Part shown: piece by piece, positions 48,522 through 63,693 of the stretch
Position numbering within the stretch: position 1 is the first letter of the stretch
Layout: the number at the start of each line of letters is the position of its first letter
From: Paragordius varius
Lineage: Eukaryota; Animalia; Nematomorpha
Assembly: GCA_964247055.1 (NCBI GenBank)
Contig: OZ176053.1
Span: 4,464,001-4,528,000 of the forward strand
Direction: 5' to 3'
DNA length: 64,000 bases
Position numbers and translations under genes: made by a program
The notes under the pieces: generated by a model
Told to the model about the DNA's origin: nothing
The model's database searches: none
What the model saw: only the letters and a program-made list of their open reading frames with translations

Positions 48522-51500
48522 ACTCCTTCAGAGTGTGCCAGAATTCGATGCTCGAAACTGCACATTTCCATCATCACTGTCACGCATGGGCAGACAAATG
48601 TGTTAAAGCTTTCATGGGTATTAACTATCAACAGTTTAACTCCTTGCCCTATAATAAAAATAGGAAAAAAATATAGTCAGATCCGTACAAATTTATTATA
48701 TATTAGTAAAAACCCACTAAATTAAACTGCATATTGCCTATTTTAAGTTTATAATCTTGCATGGAAATATCGATATTTAGACATAAAATCAGGACTAGCT
48801 CTTTCGCATTATTTTAGCGTTCCCTGTTTTAATTAGATTAAAAACTCTTGTATTCATAATACCATCATTATAGACTTTAATGTATAAATTATCGTTAAAG
48901 ATTAGGTTATAGGCTACTATAGATGGTGGTCCAGTTAATATCTTGTACATTCCTTTTTAGCTTAGCAATAATTGTATTTTAGTATTTGTAATTATAATAG
49001 TGAAACATAAAATTATTTATGTATAAAATATATATTTATATCGTGATTATTCAGGCTGAAAAACAAAATTTAATACATCTCTTCATTATCTATGGCTAAC
49101 AGATTGGTCATATTACAGTGTGTAGGTTGGCTGGCTATGCTATAAGTGTTGTAGGATGCATTTGTTCGTCCTATATTTTACTTTTTTTTGCGCTAAAATA
49201 CGATCATATTATGCTGATGAAATATATATGTATCATATATATGCATTTATGTATACTTCTTCTATTTAAGGCTTAAAATGAAATTCCTCTATTTCTCCTC
49301 CTTCATATTCTAGTGCTTCTTGTTAGCTATCTCTTTTCTCTGTCTTGTTTAAAAATCGATTTTCCAGCCGTTTTAACACACAAAATACAAAAAAAATAAA
49401 TGGGATTTTAGATCAGAAAGGTACGGTCATAAATTAAAAGATGACCATTGCAAAAATTTGTTTTAAAAATATAAATGTTAAAAGGATAAAATGGGCGCTA
49501 TGCTTCTAACCTTGCGTTTATAACTAAGATACATATTAATGCTGATAATATAGTAAACCAATTTTTACCTATTTTTATTTAATAATATTATGCGCTATAT
49601 AATTTATTGAAATTAAAAAATATGCATAGGAAGACACAAGTTCTGTCATCACAATCGCTTTTATAAAAATTAATTTAATATATTCATAGTTTTCATTGAT
49701 TTATAATATTTGAAATGAAATAAGGAGAAAATAAATCACAGCATTAAATTATCTCAAACACGAAGAAGATCAATCATTTGTTTAAATGCATTTTTTAACA
49801 CCATATAGGAATATGCCATTTGATAAATATTCTATCTTATATAAAATGCATTAAAGGTTAAGTTAACTTATCAAGGTCGCACTTTCTGGTTTGTAATTTT
49901 AATAACATCATGGCTTTATTAATTTATATGTATAGAATTAGATGAGTTAAATATGGTATGATCACATTTTTAGCTATATTAAACTGTTTACAATAACTAA
50001 CAGGCCTTTAGTTAAAAGCTAATATAGATTAAATAAAATGGCACCTGCTCACATTTTCAGTCTATAATGGAAAATGTTTCCGTACAAATATAACTTTATG
50101 GCATAAGAATATTATATATTTAGCAATCTGGTTAGTTTTGCGATGATTAAACTTTGATATATAGTTAAGGACATATGGCCCACACTAAAAATATTACCCC
50201 CTGCTGTTTTTTTAAACATACTTAACCTTTAACAATGACAAATTGGGCATAAAAGGCCGAGAATTCTTTAATTTTGGTAACTTTTTTATGTGGCAATATG
50301 TTTATTAATTCAATCTGTCACGTTTTTAGTGTCTATCTCAGTGGGTGTTAATTGGCTTATTATTATGCAAAATTAATGCTAAATATATGAGACAATCTGG
50401 CTCTATAGCCCAAATCTAACATATTTATCTTGTTATAATTTTACATTTTTATATTTGTAGAAATTTAGTTTACAAAGACGTTTTGGACGGGTCGACATCT
50501 ACAAAGCTTGCTTCGAAGATCCATCATGTGCTTCGGTAACATTTATTTTAAATAGTAATATATGAAAATACTAAAATTTACCAGAAAGAAAAAATAATCA
50601 TAAATTGCAATAATTGTATTCTTTTAAAGTCTGTTAAAAATAATTATATATATGAAAAAAATAACCATTGACTCTTGATTATAATACAAAGGGATATTAT
50701 AAGGCTATTAACAGTACATTAACAATTAGAAAATAGGAAAAGTCAATTTATCTGATATATTCTCAGAATACAGGTACATAAAATAACAATGTAACTTTCG
50801 TCTTTTAACCGATTAACTTATTTTGTAATGTGTAAGTATAGATAGTAAAAAAAATATGATTACAAGATTTGTTTCCTAACAATACCTGATTTAATTTACA
50901 ACACTAAATTGTATATACAAGACGACTACTTGTCGCAATATGTATCAGGAGGACATTTTTATATAAATTAATATCAATATTTCTAATGTATACATTTGAT
51001 AGCATTGTCATTTTATTTTATGCACATATATTGATGGTTGATTTGGATAGATAGAAGAGATAGACAAAAAACTTTTTTTTTATAAACGATAATTTCATCT
51101 CTTTTTTATTATATGTATGGTGTACGTGTGTATGTTTGTATGTATATGTCAACATCTCTAACTCTCAGTCTTGACATTTTAAAACACAACCACCAATATA
51201 ATTGTCATCTCTTGTATCTGTTATTTTGTTCTGTTATCAGAAATCTTTTTCTTAGATCTTTATTCACTAAACTAACAAACCAACTAACTAGCTACTAACA
51301 TTTACAAGTATAACGTTAAAAGGTCCTACGTTTCTATATACAAAGGGGGAGAATATATAAGAAAAGATTCTCATAGTTTCTATATATTGATATTGTCCAA
51401 TAATTTTATCACAACAAGTTGCTTTGTAATGCTAACTAAAATCTATACATTTGTATTTACTTTGGTCATCCAACTTTGATATATTATAAACCCATCTTTC

Positions 51501-54500
51501 CATCTCTTTTAACATGTTATAACATTGATGGGAAAATTATTCTATGTTTGTATTGTCTTTTATCATCCGGTAGTTTAAATAAATAATTAAAGAAATCAAC
51601 TGGTTGGATATAAACAATTAAATTAAAACAATATTTGTGGCAAAAAACTTTGTGTTGGGGGAAAATCTCAATAAAGGAAATAAAATTTCATTCTAGAATG
51701 GAGTCTGTTCAATTGGCGCGGTGTCTACTTTATTAATTTGTTGAAAGGTCTCGGCTGTCTCTATCTCTTTTTTATAGAGATTCTCATCGTTTATTTAATT
51801 ATCAAGGGATTATAGGAAGCTATCGTTTAAGGGCCAATAATGATATTAATATAAAAATCATATAATCTACTAAAGTGATATAAATTAGATGAAAAAGGAG
51901 CAGAAAAGATTTAGGATAGGAGCGCTAGGATCAAAGAGTTTTGCCTTATAGAATGTAGCAATCACGGACAATAATTAACTATCGGAAAGATTTTTTTGAA
52001 AGATTTCGGATTTTTGGTTCTTTTTTATCTTTGTGATTCCTTTTATTGATTGACTTACTCTCTGTAATAATGATAATGATGTTTACCATTTTATTTTGTT
52101 TTCCTTTGACATTCACCAAAATGTTTAACGCAATAAATTTGCATGTTAAGTAGCAGGTGGGGTGAATATGTAACAGTTACAAGTGGTTTTGTTTAATTAA
52201 ACAAATAAATTTTATTATATACATGGACAATTAAGAACATGATGAGTCATTGCAAAAAAAAGTTTTTTTTGTTAATTTTTGTCTCTTTATCTAATGATGC
52301 AGATAGATGTGGAGATGAAGTGTTATGATAACTTTTTTAACAAATTAACTAACTACACACTGTAAAAATAACATTCTCCACTTTTCAAGTGTGCTCTTTT
52401 AGAAATGTTCACTATGATTTTATCAATTGATTTTTTTTGTTTTATTTGCAGATATATATATATATATATATATATATATGGTCCTTAAAAATGAAACATT
52501 TATAAATATATATATAATTTCTATGGTAAGATCAAGGTGTTATATTACATAATGTTAGTCTATCCCGTTTGGCGACAAAATTTATATATATATATATATA
52601 ACGAAATAAGTGGTGGTATTAAGCGAAAATAAAATTATATTAATAATATAAAATATAAAATAAAGTTAATAATATTTTTTTATAGTGGTTGAGAGTTTTA
52701 TATTTCCCTTTTTTTCTGTCGTGTGCTTTTAATTTTAAAAGCCAAAATTTTACAATAGAGATTTTTCTTGACTAAGATGGTGACCAAATTAATGTATTGG
52801 GGAAATAAAATTTATAAAAAAATATTTTAGCCTAATAAATATTTTATTAGACATTTGATGGAAAGATTCTTTATATTTAAAAAACTATTTTAATTTTTAT
52901 TATAATAGTGTATGGTGCCATGTTCTCAGCCCTATTCAGATTTCACAAGCTGTCAAACCCAATGCAAAGTAACCATTTTAGACATATTTCAATATAATAA
53001 ATCTTATAGTTAACGGAAAAAATGCCATAAAATATAAGTTTTTAATTTTTGATTTTATTTTTTAAACTTAAAAGAAAAAACCAAAACCTAAGCCATCTTT
53101 TCGGACCATTAAAAAATTTCTTAACGATTATATAAATTATATATAATAATAATAGTAATTAATATAAAATTATCCAATAACCATTACGATATAACTGTAT
53201 TATGTCACGCAAAGCACCAATCGACCAAATAAAAGAGTAATAAAAATGTGTTAGCTAAAATATGCCGACAAAGAAAAATCAATTTTACAGTTAACACTTC
53301 GATTCAAATTGGGGTATCTAAATACCCCAGACTAAATTAAAATTAATATTTTTAAAAAAGTATTGAAGAAAACGGTCCCAATTTAAATTTATGCTTCTAT
53401 CCTGATAAAAATTATATAAATATGCCAAAATAGCTTGATAAAATTTTGTTTTGAAAAAAAAGTTCCATCTCAAACTACTTCGACGCCATTTTTATTTTAC
53501 AAAATTTTTACAAAATATCGTCTTTAATTAATTTTAAGGGTAAAACTAAAGCTAATTTTTTAAATAAATTATATTTAAAATTGATAGAAATAGAAAAAGC
53601 GGTTTATTTTGTATTATTTTTTAATTTTACAATTTGACACATGTTATGTTGACGAAATTTTTACTTTTCGGTTTTAGCTTAAAATAAGTAATATCAAGAA
53701 TTTTTGAATTAAATTTTTTATATATTTCGGTTTATTAATGTTATATAAGTGCAAAATTTTGTCATGGTTTCGATTCCTTCCATACTTCTTTAAGTATTTG
53801 ATTTTAAACAGGCCTGGGGTATCCAACTACCCCAATTTGAATCGAAGGACAAAAAGAGTGTGTTGTATCCAAGTGTTAATTAAACCAGAAAAATAAAATA
53901 ACTTAATAATTATATTGGGGGATGGAACAAAGGAAAACTTGATAAGTTTTAAGCGTAATTTAAGAATAGAAACAGAAATGGGTGGTTTTATTATAACATA
54001 TAAGTAAGTCTGAATATCTGGCTCAAAAAAGGATCGTCTCTTTACTCAAAATTTACGTAAATCAATCAAAAATTTTAATTTATTTAAGATTCTACCATCT
54101 AACCAAATTAAACTTGAATTAAATAAAGGTCAAAGTATTTTATGGCTTTCTATATTCGCAAAAATCTTAATTATATTAAAAAATATTCAATACTTAATCA
54201 TGTGGCAAATAAAACAGTAGAGTTTCTAGCTTTTCTAAATTATATCAACGTTATTTTTTAAGGTCAAAAATTATTTATGGCTTAATTACAAATTTATAAA
54301 AAACAAATTCAATACCTAGCATTATATATTTATAAAATGATTCGTAAATTAGAGCGCCTCAAATTCACTGTTAAATCAAGCCAAAGTTTCTCCTTTTACT
54401 GGCTCTCAAACGTCGGGTAATAGAGATGGTGCTTCTGATTCCCATTCATATTATATTGCAAGGCATAAAGCGAAAACTTCAAACGAAAAATATGCCAAGG

Positions 54501-57500
54501 CACAAAGAATAGAAAAAGATGATGGAAAAAATAGTGTTTTTCAAAGGCATTCTGCCTCACTTACGGCTTGTCAAAGTTCATGTGCTTTTCTGAAAGATAT
54601 AACGGTTCGAAAGGCTGGAACGTGCCCAAGTATCGCTCAAATGTCCGGTTTTGCCCTAGCCTGTTTAGACAGTTGCCATAAGGATGGCGATTGCAGTGGG
54701 ATTCAGAAATGTTGTGCACATAGGTGTGGAAGGACCTGCCAATACCCGGAAACTATTAATGAGGGTAATTGAATAGATTAATTTTTTTTGCATCTTATAA
54801 AAACTCTTGGGATACTTTAAATGACAGGAAAAAGTCGATTTTATAAACAATGCTAATAGTTTTTTATGAGATTATTACAAGTCGTGTCTGGTTTCGGTTA
54901 AAAAAAAGTATATGTATAGAATAAGTGGTGCTTGGATTTTGCCTATCGTGTGCTCTTGGAAACTAGTTAATATAATCGGTAAAATGAAATTTTAATGGCC
55001 AAATTGACTTTTAACTTTAATCTGGTTAAAATTATACGGACACTATTAAATCACATAAATCAGGATGTGAGAGCTAAGTTTAATCTTTTATTGGACACGG
55101 AATGGTATATATAGATATAGAGTAAATTTATTTCAACGTATAATATATATATATATATATATATATATGGCCAAGGACAGATCAAAACCTTAAATGACAA
55201 ACACACATACATATATATATGTGTGGGAACAAATTTAATTGATCAAAATATTATTACATTTATGAAATATTTTTAAATTAAAAATTTTTTTTCATACCAT
55301 TTTTTTTATATCGAAGTTTGCCATTTTTTGATGTTTATGCCTAAAAATATACTTATAAGATATGATTGATAAGTTTTTAACCATAATGATTTAAGAGCTT
55401 TCTAATCCAAAAGACAAAACTAATGAAATTAAATACATCTTACCAAAAAATTATTTAATTATTAATTAACTCAAGTCCCTTTTTGTTTAAAGTTATTGTT
55501 GTATATTTGATTAACATTTTCAGCGTAGTATATTTTTAATAACTTTTTAGCCACATTCTTTTTGTGTTTGGTTGATGTGTCGTTTTTTGATCTATAGTTT
55601 TAGTTTTGGAATATGTGTGATAAAATGTTGACCTAAAAGAAAAAGAACCTAACTTTACTTTATTTATCCACTAGACACAATGAGTGATCAGCAAAAATGT
55701 TTAACATTGAGAGAAAACACACATACATATAAATTAAGATTGATGACTCTTTGGCTATCTGAATCCAAAAAAACTAAAAAATGGCCATTAATATGCTTAA
55801 TACGTCGAATTAACTCTAAACTAGAAAGATTTATTATAACACCAACCTACTATTGATAAATCAACTTGAATATGTAATGTAAAAAAAAATTTTCTCCCTA
55901 TAGAAAGAAATAGTTAACAATAACTTTAACCTAATTATAATATTTATATAAATGAAAGTTAAAGACTGGATGCCTTAGAATTCGGATATCTCGTTAATGT
56001 GTCATATAGGGGTTATCTATTTTTTGTTCGCCTAAATGTATAATGAGTTTTTGAGTACAGGAAAAAAATCATGTTAATGTAAGAATGTTTTTCATATTTT
56101 TTGGCATATCGGCTGTGATACAGTCGCTTTAAGAATTGGTTTATTCTCCAGTTTACTAAAATGAATTTTGTCCTACATATTTACATTAAAATTTATATTA
56201 TAAATATATCTATATATTGTTAATGTAAAAAATTAGCACATAAATTACGGATAGATAATATGATATTTTATGTGATTAACTTACAGAATAAATAATAGGT
56301 CAGTTTTCTTTGGTTAGTGTGTCATCAGAAAACTCTAAAATCCTGAGTTAAAATTGGACAATTTTAGATTTTTTGGCAAAATTGTTTGTTTTGATAAAAA
56401 TGTAATTTGTCATACTTTATATTTCTATGACACGTATCCAAAATAATTATATGCAGATTAACATTTAATTTTTTTTGAAACGAAAAAACTATCAGAGGTT
56501 TCCTTTTTTTACATTTTTTTACTAATTCTTTTTTTCTGTATAATATTGAATCTATAATACTAAAGTTTCAAAACATTTCGGATAAAATTAGGATTTAATA
56601 TGCAAAAATCGTTTTCCCCTACAAAACTAAACACAAATAATATTATAATAAATCCCTCCTTTAAAAATGTGTCTCTTAGAATTAAGTCTTCAAACAACAC
56701 ATAAAATTCTCATAAGAATAATTCTCGCAAACTAAATCTTATTAATATGGAAGACAAATTTTTGGTTTATTGGGAAAAAGTTTCCTATTTCTACAAAAAA
56801 ATCTTGTTATCTATTTTAGGTTTATGATCTGATAACGCGCACTCACTCCCCTTTAAACGATTGTAACAGTTTTTTGATTGATTAGCCTTATATGCAAAAA
56901 AGTTTGTAGTTGAGAGTTGTTACAAGAAAAACTCTAAAAATCATATTTTTTTCTTGAGAAGAAAAAGTGTCATCCTTTTATTTTATTTGAGGATGAACAC
57001 AGAGGGATTAAGGGCTTTAAGATAAATGGAAAATTTTTGGTTATAGATAGTTCTGGCATCTTATTTGTTTTAAATGTGCAAAATATGTTTCTTTTATCTG
57101 TGATTCATAGCTAGCTAACTGGCGAAAAATTGGGAAAGATAAGATTTAGAAATTAAGTCAAACTTAATTACTGACTGAATATATTTATAAATGGGATCGG
57201 GTTGAAAAATACGATATATTAGTTGCATTTTTTTCTATTTAATCCGAAGTAATACTTAAGTTAACTTTCTTTGTTTAAATATTGCATAAATGGCTATATT
57301 TTGCAAAAATATGGTAATTTTAGCTCAAAATATTATAAAAACTGTAATTCCAATTTAGTATTGATGTTTTCGATTACAAAGCAGTAACACGAAGTAAAAA
57401 AATCCGCTAATTACAATTTTATTACACTTTTTATTTATGATTATTGTTAAAAGTAATAAGGCTGAATCTCAGAAAGAATAGGTCTGACATATATTATTGT

Positions 57501-60500
57501 TATTATGACACACTTAATGACCATAATAAAAAAAGGAATTTTTCTTATATCTGATCATATATATATATCTTTTTATGATTATTATTAAGGCAATAAAATA
57601 GCCTACGAAATTGAAATATATAAAATTTTTGGTGATGATGGATTATTACAATCTTAATTAAGGCTCTATATATATGAAAATCAGTTTTTTTGTCAAAAGT
57701 AATTAAAATTTTTATATTCAGTTCAGAGGTTTTTCTAATAAAACGCTGATTCGTTTTTATGGGTCTGAGATATTTTAGCATTAAACATTTCTTACAGCTT
57801 CTGTAAAGTCGTCACTAAAGAAAAAGATTGTGCACATTGAAAGATGAAACACGCGAATGAATATTTAGCAAGCTTTAAAGTTTATACGTGAATATTTAGT
57901 GGATAGTTTCATTAATTTTTAGCTATTAAACCAACCATATAACTGCTCCATATACATATAGTATATACATAAGTCATTCTGCGCATCTTATTTTATATTT
58001 TTTTGTATTAGGGAACGGTTAAGATTTTTGAAGGCCATTTCTTATTTTGAGAAGAAAAAAAAGGAAGATATATTAGGTCCTAACTTTGTTTTTTGCATAA
58101 TTCGAATCGTGTTTACTCATTTATTACTATTCTTATTATTGTAAGAACATGCATAAAATTTCTGTGGAAGTAGTATATAATTGATGCTACGCTATAATAT
58201 ATAACCTCCAATGGTGACTAAAATTTCCATGATTTATTTTCTACCACCAAAAAAATTTAATTAACTTCTACATGGCCTAATTTTGTTCAAAATAGATTCA
58301 GAAATTATGGAAAATTACATCATAATATTTTAAAGTGTTTTTTGCCAAAAAATATTTTGTATTTTTAAATTACTTTTGGTTATAAAACCTCATTATGCGC
58401 TAATGTTAACAAATAAATTTCCATAATTTGAAGGACTTTACAAAAAAAATAATTATGGAAAGCTTACATAACTTTCCACAAACGTCAAATTATTTAGCAT
58501 TATTCATTTGTACATACTGTATATTTATAAATATATAATATAATTTGAGTCTATATTGGCTAAAATCGGACTAAATTTTTTTATACATTTTAAATAAGAT
58601 ATATATATATATATATATATTGGTTAACATTTTACAAATTTACTTCAAACTATATTAATATAATTTTATTTTTAAAATAGTTATTCCGCCCAGACCCATT
58701 TTTTCGCAGATTGATGGAAATTTGGCCAAAGATAGTGATGGCAGGACCCTTATACAGTAATAGATTTATCATATATTGTTTTATATCATCGCATCGTACT
58801 CAGGGCAACTTTTATTTTGTTAATTGAGGTCGGTTAATTTTTTAATGAGCCTAAAAATTTTGATAACAATTGCCTAACTCCGTGTTAATTAATGCTATAA
58901 ACGAAAATTAAACTGAAAATGAATTGAAATGATAATAAAAAATAAACTGAGATTTAAACAAATACTAAGTGATGTGTGTGACACTTCGTCAATAGTAATC
59001 GCAATTCGTGCTTACATTTGACTCTTTAAGTTAATAAGTTTGAACTTCTATTTAATTTTCATGATCATTTCAGTCCATTTTCAGTTTAATAGTTTATAAA
59101 ATGAATTAAAGGAGTTTAAAAATTGTTAATATAAAAATATCAATTCCGTAATTTACAATTTCCTAAAAATTAATGTTTAAAATATTTTATAGATATCTTG
59201 TAACAAAAAGTTACATTCTTATCTTACGGACATTAAACAGAGATATCTTTTTAAATTCTGTTCCTTTTAATTGCTAATGTTTTTAACTGATAAATAACAG
59301 AAATTTGTTGACATCTTTGCTTATTTGTATCACAAAATGTCTTATCCTTGATTTATAAACGATAAGTTATAGATAGCACACTTTGATATAATTGATAACC
59401 ATTATGCTTTGAAATTTGGTGGTAGTTTTTGCAAAAAATATATATTTTTTCTGCAAAATATTAACAACTCTAGATTAGAATGGAATATGCCGGACACATT
59501 TTTCTCGAATGAGATGATGATGGTGAAAGGAAAAAGCTCATTCCTGAATGAAAGCTCTTTATTATTAACTACATCATCATCAAATAAATTTTCCATTTTG
59601 TATGTGTTACAGAGCCAAATGGATGCACAACACGACAAACGTCACATTAACAAATTGGCTGAATGGAAAGATTTAATTATAGTAAGTACACTTTAGTCTC
59701 TTTTAACTTAATTAAATGTAAGTATCTAATGTAATGTAATGAAATGTAATAAGATTTTTGCCTTTTATTTAGTGATATTAGCCATCAAAATTTGTAAAGC
59801 TTAATTAAGTTAAGATTTTTTAAAAATTTAACCATTAAACAAGGTACATTCAAAATTTCTAATTATCGCTGCAATATGTCTATAAATATATATGTATTGG
59901 ATTATTTAGACGAGTAATAGAAATATGTTGCTGAGAGACTTTTTTCCAAGTAGTTGGATTCGTTTCCGGGTAGCCTCAGTCAATGCCAACGGTACTATGG
60001 GCTATTCCGAACCTAGTCGCCCTCTCACCATAAAAACAAGTACATTTACGATAATTTTCCTTGTAATATATAATAGATTAGGTTGAATTAATTTAATTAT
60101 ACAATTATTAAGAATTAACTTAATTAGGCATAGCACATAAGTTAAATTTATGCGTCATTTTCCATCATGGCTAAACTATTTATTCTAGGTATTTATCAGA
60201 AGTATTATTTTTTATATTGCAATTATAACTAAAATTATATGAATTTATTGTGAATTTTCGATTACTACTAGTAATCTTTGTCAAACGTTAAAAATAAAAT
60301 TAAAATATAAATTAAAATATAAACTAAACTATTTGTTAGGCCCATTTAAATTTTCTATAAAATGGCAAAAAATCACTTAATGACAAAAATTTTATCGATA
60401 AAACTTATTAGGCGTAAACGCTCCACTGATGCCAGCTAACCTTACTACCGGCGAATATACCATTCAACCGAACGGTAAAATATCTCAAAGCATTAATTGG

Positions 60501-63295
60501 TCGCCGCCATACAGTGATTTACCAATCAGCAAATATAAAATATTGTGGAGTGATCAAAAAACTTATGCCCTTTCTCTGGCGACATCATCACCCACGAATT
60601 CCAATTCTAATCAAGCTGTAACAGCTATGAAAGATGAACAGAATTTGCATCAACACAGAAAAATTGTTAAAGGGGTACGCGAAATTTATATAAATATTTT
60701 CGTTTAAAGTTTTCATTTCTTTGTAATTATAATATTTTTTTACAATTTTTTAGACATTGACATCGACAATCTTGTCAAATTTATCATCAGACACGACTTA
60801 TTTTATCCAAGTACAAGCATATTCACAAAAAGGAACTCTCAAATTTAGGGGTGAAAAGGCATCGATTTTCCTTACCACACCCAGAGTAGAGAAATCAGGT
60901 ATAGTATGTCAAATAATTTTAAAAATAACCGCTAAACCAAATTTTATAAAAAAATATATATGAACCGACTTTTACAAGTATATTTTGCACCTAAGTTGAT
61001 TTAAATATATCATTTACATTTTGTTTTTTTCTTAGATTTAATGATGTTGCAAAATCAAAATATTGACTCTCAACCACATTCACAGCCATTAGTTTCTTCA
61101 AAGCCCCAAATTATATATTCAACCACTGAGCCAACCAAAATGTCCCCACCTCTTGACCTTAATAATGTGAATGAAGATACAGATTTGGTTATAGATTATG
61201 TTGTAAAATACGATGAGAATATGCCAAATAATGGCGGCGATTTGAAAAGACAAGATGTCAGAAATCAGCATTTAAAAACCAAAGGATCAGTTATATCTGC
61301 TAGATCACTAGTACCCTACATACTCTTAACAAATTCTATTGTGAATGTTAGTCATGGACCTTTCAATATTGACACAGAGACAAATAAATTGCAGACTATG
61401 CTATCGTGGGACTATGGTACAAATAAGGCGCACGAGTCTGAAAATGATATAAATGATTTAAACCAAAAAATAATTTATCCCACCAAACTTAAGATTACAT
61501 GGAAGGCTATGGTTTGTATTGAGGGAGGTGATAGAAATTCCCTAAATCCAACACTGTCAGAGCGTGAAGTTAGAGATGAAACTAAGGAAGTTATATTAGA
61601 ATGGGACGATACAAATGAAGAAAATGACATAAAATCTAAATCTACACTCATAACAGGCCTGAAATATCAATGTCGGTACCGTGTGCATATGGAAGCAAGT
61701 TTTACTGATAATAACAACCAAAAAAACTATGTTGGAATTAACGCAAACGATAAATTAAGCCTTAACAAATTGTCACCCATGATTAAATCACCCTCTACTG
61801 TCCAAACCACGTCTAACATCGTTAAATTTGGTCATACCTACTATTTCCAAACCCCAAGTTGTCAAAGTCTGCAGCGATCAAATGTTAACATGCAATCAAT
61901 TGATTGCCCTTCACTTGGTAATAAATAATTTAGTATGAAGATTGCTTTGTATTTGTAGTATTTTAAAGAACTGTTTGAAAGTATTAATTAATACAATTAT
62001 GAATGTTTTATTAACATAATAGTATATTTTTACTTATAGTGCCACTGCCATCAAAACCCCGTGATTTTTCCAACACTATTCGCCACATATCGGAAAACAA
62101 TGTAACAGCACTGTTAAGTTGGAAAGCCCCCCTAAGCTCGACAGAAAACGAAATGTTGTTGAATCGAAACCTTGAATCGGGTAACAGGGTACAAGAGAAT
62201 TATATTGCGAATGAAAAGGCGGCATACATAGATCCTAACATTATAGGATATCGCGTTGTGTTTTATGGTAAACGGGCAACCATTACAACCAATCCCTCCT
62301 CCTCCACCGAAAATGGTAGAACATTCACATCTATGCTAAACAATGGTGGAAATATTCTAATCAAAGTCTTTTCACCGGTAAGTTAGTGATAAATTCATGT
62401 TTGTTGGTTGGAATACCTAGCCTTAGAGATCAAATTTTAAAAATGTAATAATAAATATTTGTTAAAACATCAGATATAAGCCTGATTATTTATTATATTT
62501 TGCAATTCTTAATATACATACTAATTATATGTTGTTATCTTTCATCAGTTACAAACATCATATTATGTAACGGACCTCCTCCCAGAACGGGATTATGCGG
62601 CTGATGTTCAAGCCTTTTCGGAATCAGGGCCCGGGGAAGTTTCCCATATCGAATTCAGAACCCCGAAATATCACAAACCCATTCAATATGTTCAACCAAG
62701 TATTATTATTACAATATTTTAGAAAAATATTATTTTATGGAATCAGGATTACATTACAAAACATAAAAAATCCGTTACTTTTACTTATTTGAGATGATTC
62801 ATCAAAAAGGACCATTAATATTTGATAATTTCTACACAATTTTGTAGATTTATTAAATTATAATATTTCTTTCCTAATACATTAGATGCTCCATTTTATG
62901 GTATGTATCATCAAGCTTTACCCTATGCCCGTCGGCATTATCCAATTTTTTCACATTTTAAAGATAATAGCCAGCTACCACAAAATACCTTTCCGAATTT
63001 CAAAGAACCTCCACCAACTTATAACTCAAACAGCAAAAACCAAAATAATAATTTTTACATTGAAAGGACAGACAATGGTGACATATTATATTATAATGCT
63101 GCTGGACAAAAGAATAATCATGAATACTTTAATCGAGTATACCAAAATGGGTTTTACATTTCAACCAAAACAAAGGAACAAAAATCAACCGGGCTGCATC
63201 AAATCACATCTCCTTACACTATGATTCAAATAATCACATCTATATTGGCATACAAAATAATGTTCAAATACACACATTATGCCCCATTATTTTAG
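48522..63295 (+). CDS. ANOS1: Anosmin-1 / KAL-1 orthologue (Cys-rich + WAP + FN3 repeats); 5' end not found
   Basis: Phase-consistent exons 50461-50535, 52909-52968, 54353-54764, 58681-58756, 59474-59681, 59910-60039, 60412-60674, 60754-60898, 61036-61917, 62040-62377, 62549-62699, 62886-63295; 48522-48617 is tentative. WAP: KAGTCPSIAQMSGFALACLDSCHKDGDCSGIQKCCAHRCGRTCQYP. FN3: PSSWIRFRVASVNANGTMGYSEPS, APLMPANL, DLPISKYKILWS, DLLPERDYAADVQAF...EFRTP. Confidence 0.92.
53295..53875 (+). mobile_element. piggyBac-like non-autonomous element (581 bp), copy 2, inside an anosmin intron
   Basis: TTAA TSD at 53291-53294 and 53876-53879. Colinear and highly similar to 18713-19294. Confidence 0.9.
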
Positions 63296-63693
63296 CAAAA
63301 AAAGTCTAATGAATTATTTTGTAAAATTGGGAATTAAGTTAGATCAAGTCGGTTAGCAAGAGTCGAATGCAATCGATGTACCAATTTATAGATTATTGGA
63401 TCATCTGTATAACATACTGTATTCGCTGAGTATTCTAAAAGCTAACAAAAAACCTCTCTCTACTTAAAACATACTCGGTGCTAAATGCTTGGAAAATTAC
63501 ATCAAAGTTAATACAATTTACATATATATATCTATCTATATCATATTGTTATCTAATATATTCTCATCCTGTAAATACGATCAATATGTATTATTTCTAT
63601 ATATATATATATATATATTCGATAAAATTTTAAACACATATGGGTAAACGACAAATAAATTGTGATGAAATAAATATTGTTTTATATATTAAA

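Noticed and set aside
50246-50266. U2 snRNA-like TTCTCGGCCTTTT on the minus strand
   Set aside because: Only a 13-nt match; the branch-recognition region and stem-loops are absent.
52909-52968. Apparent frameshift in an anosmin Cys-rich exon
   Set aside because: On re-reading, the exon is in frame (CMVPCSQPYSDFTSCQTQCK).
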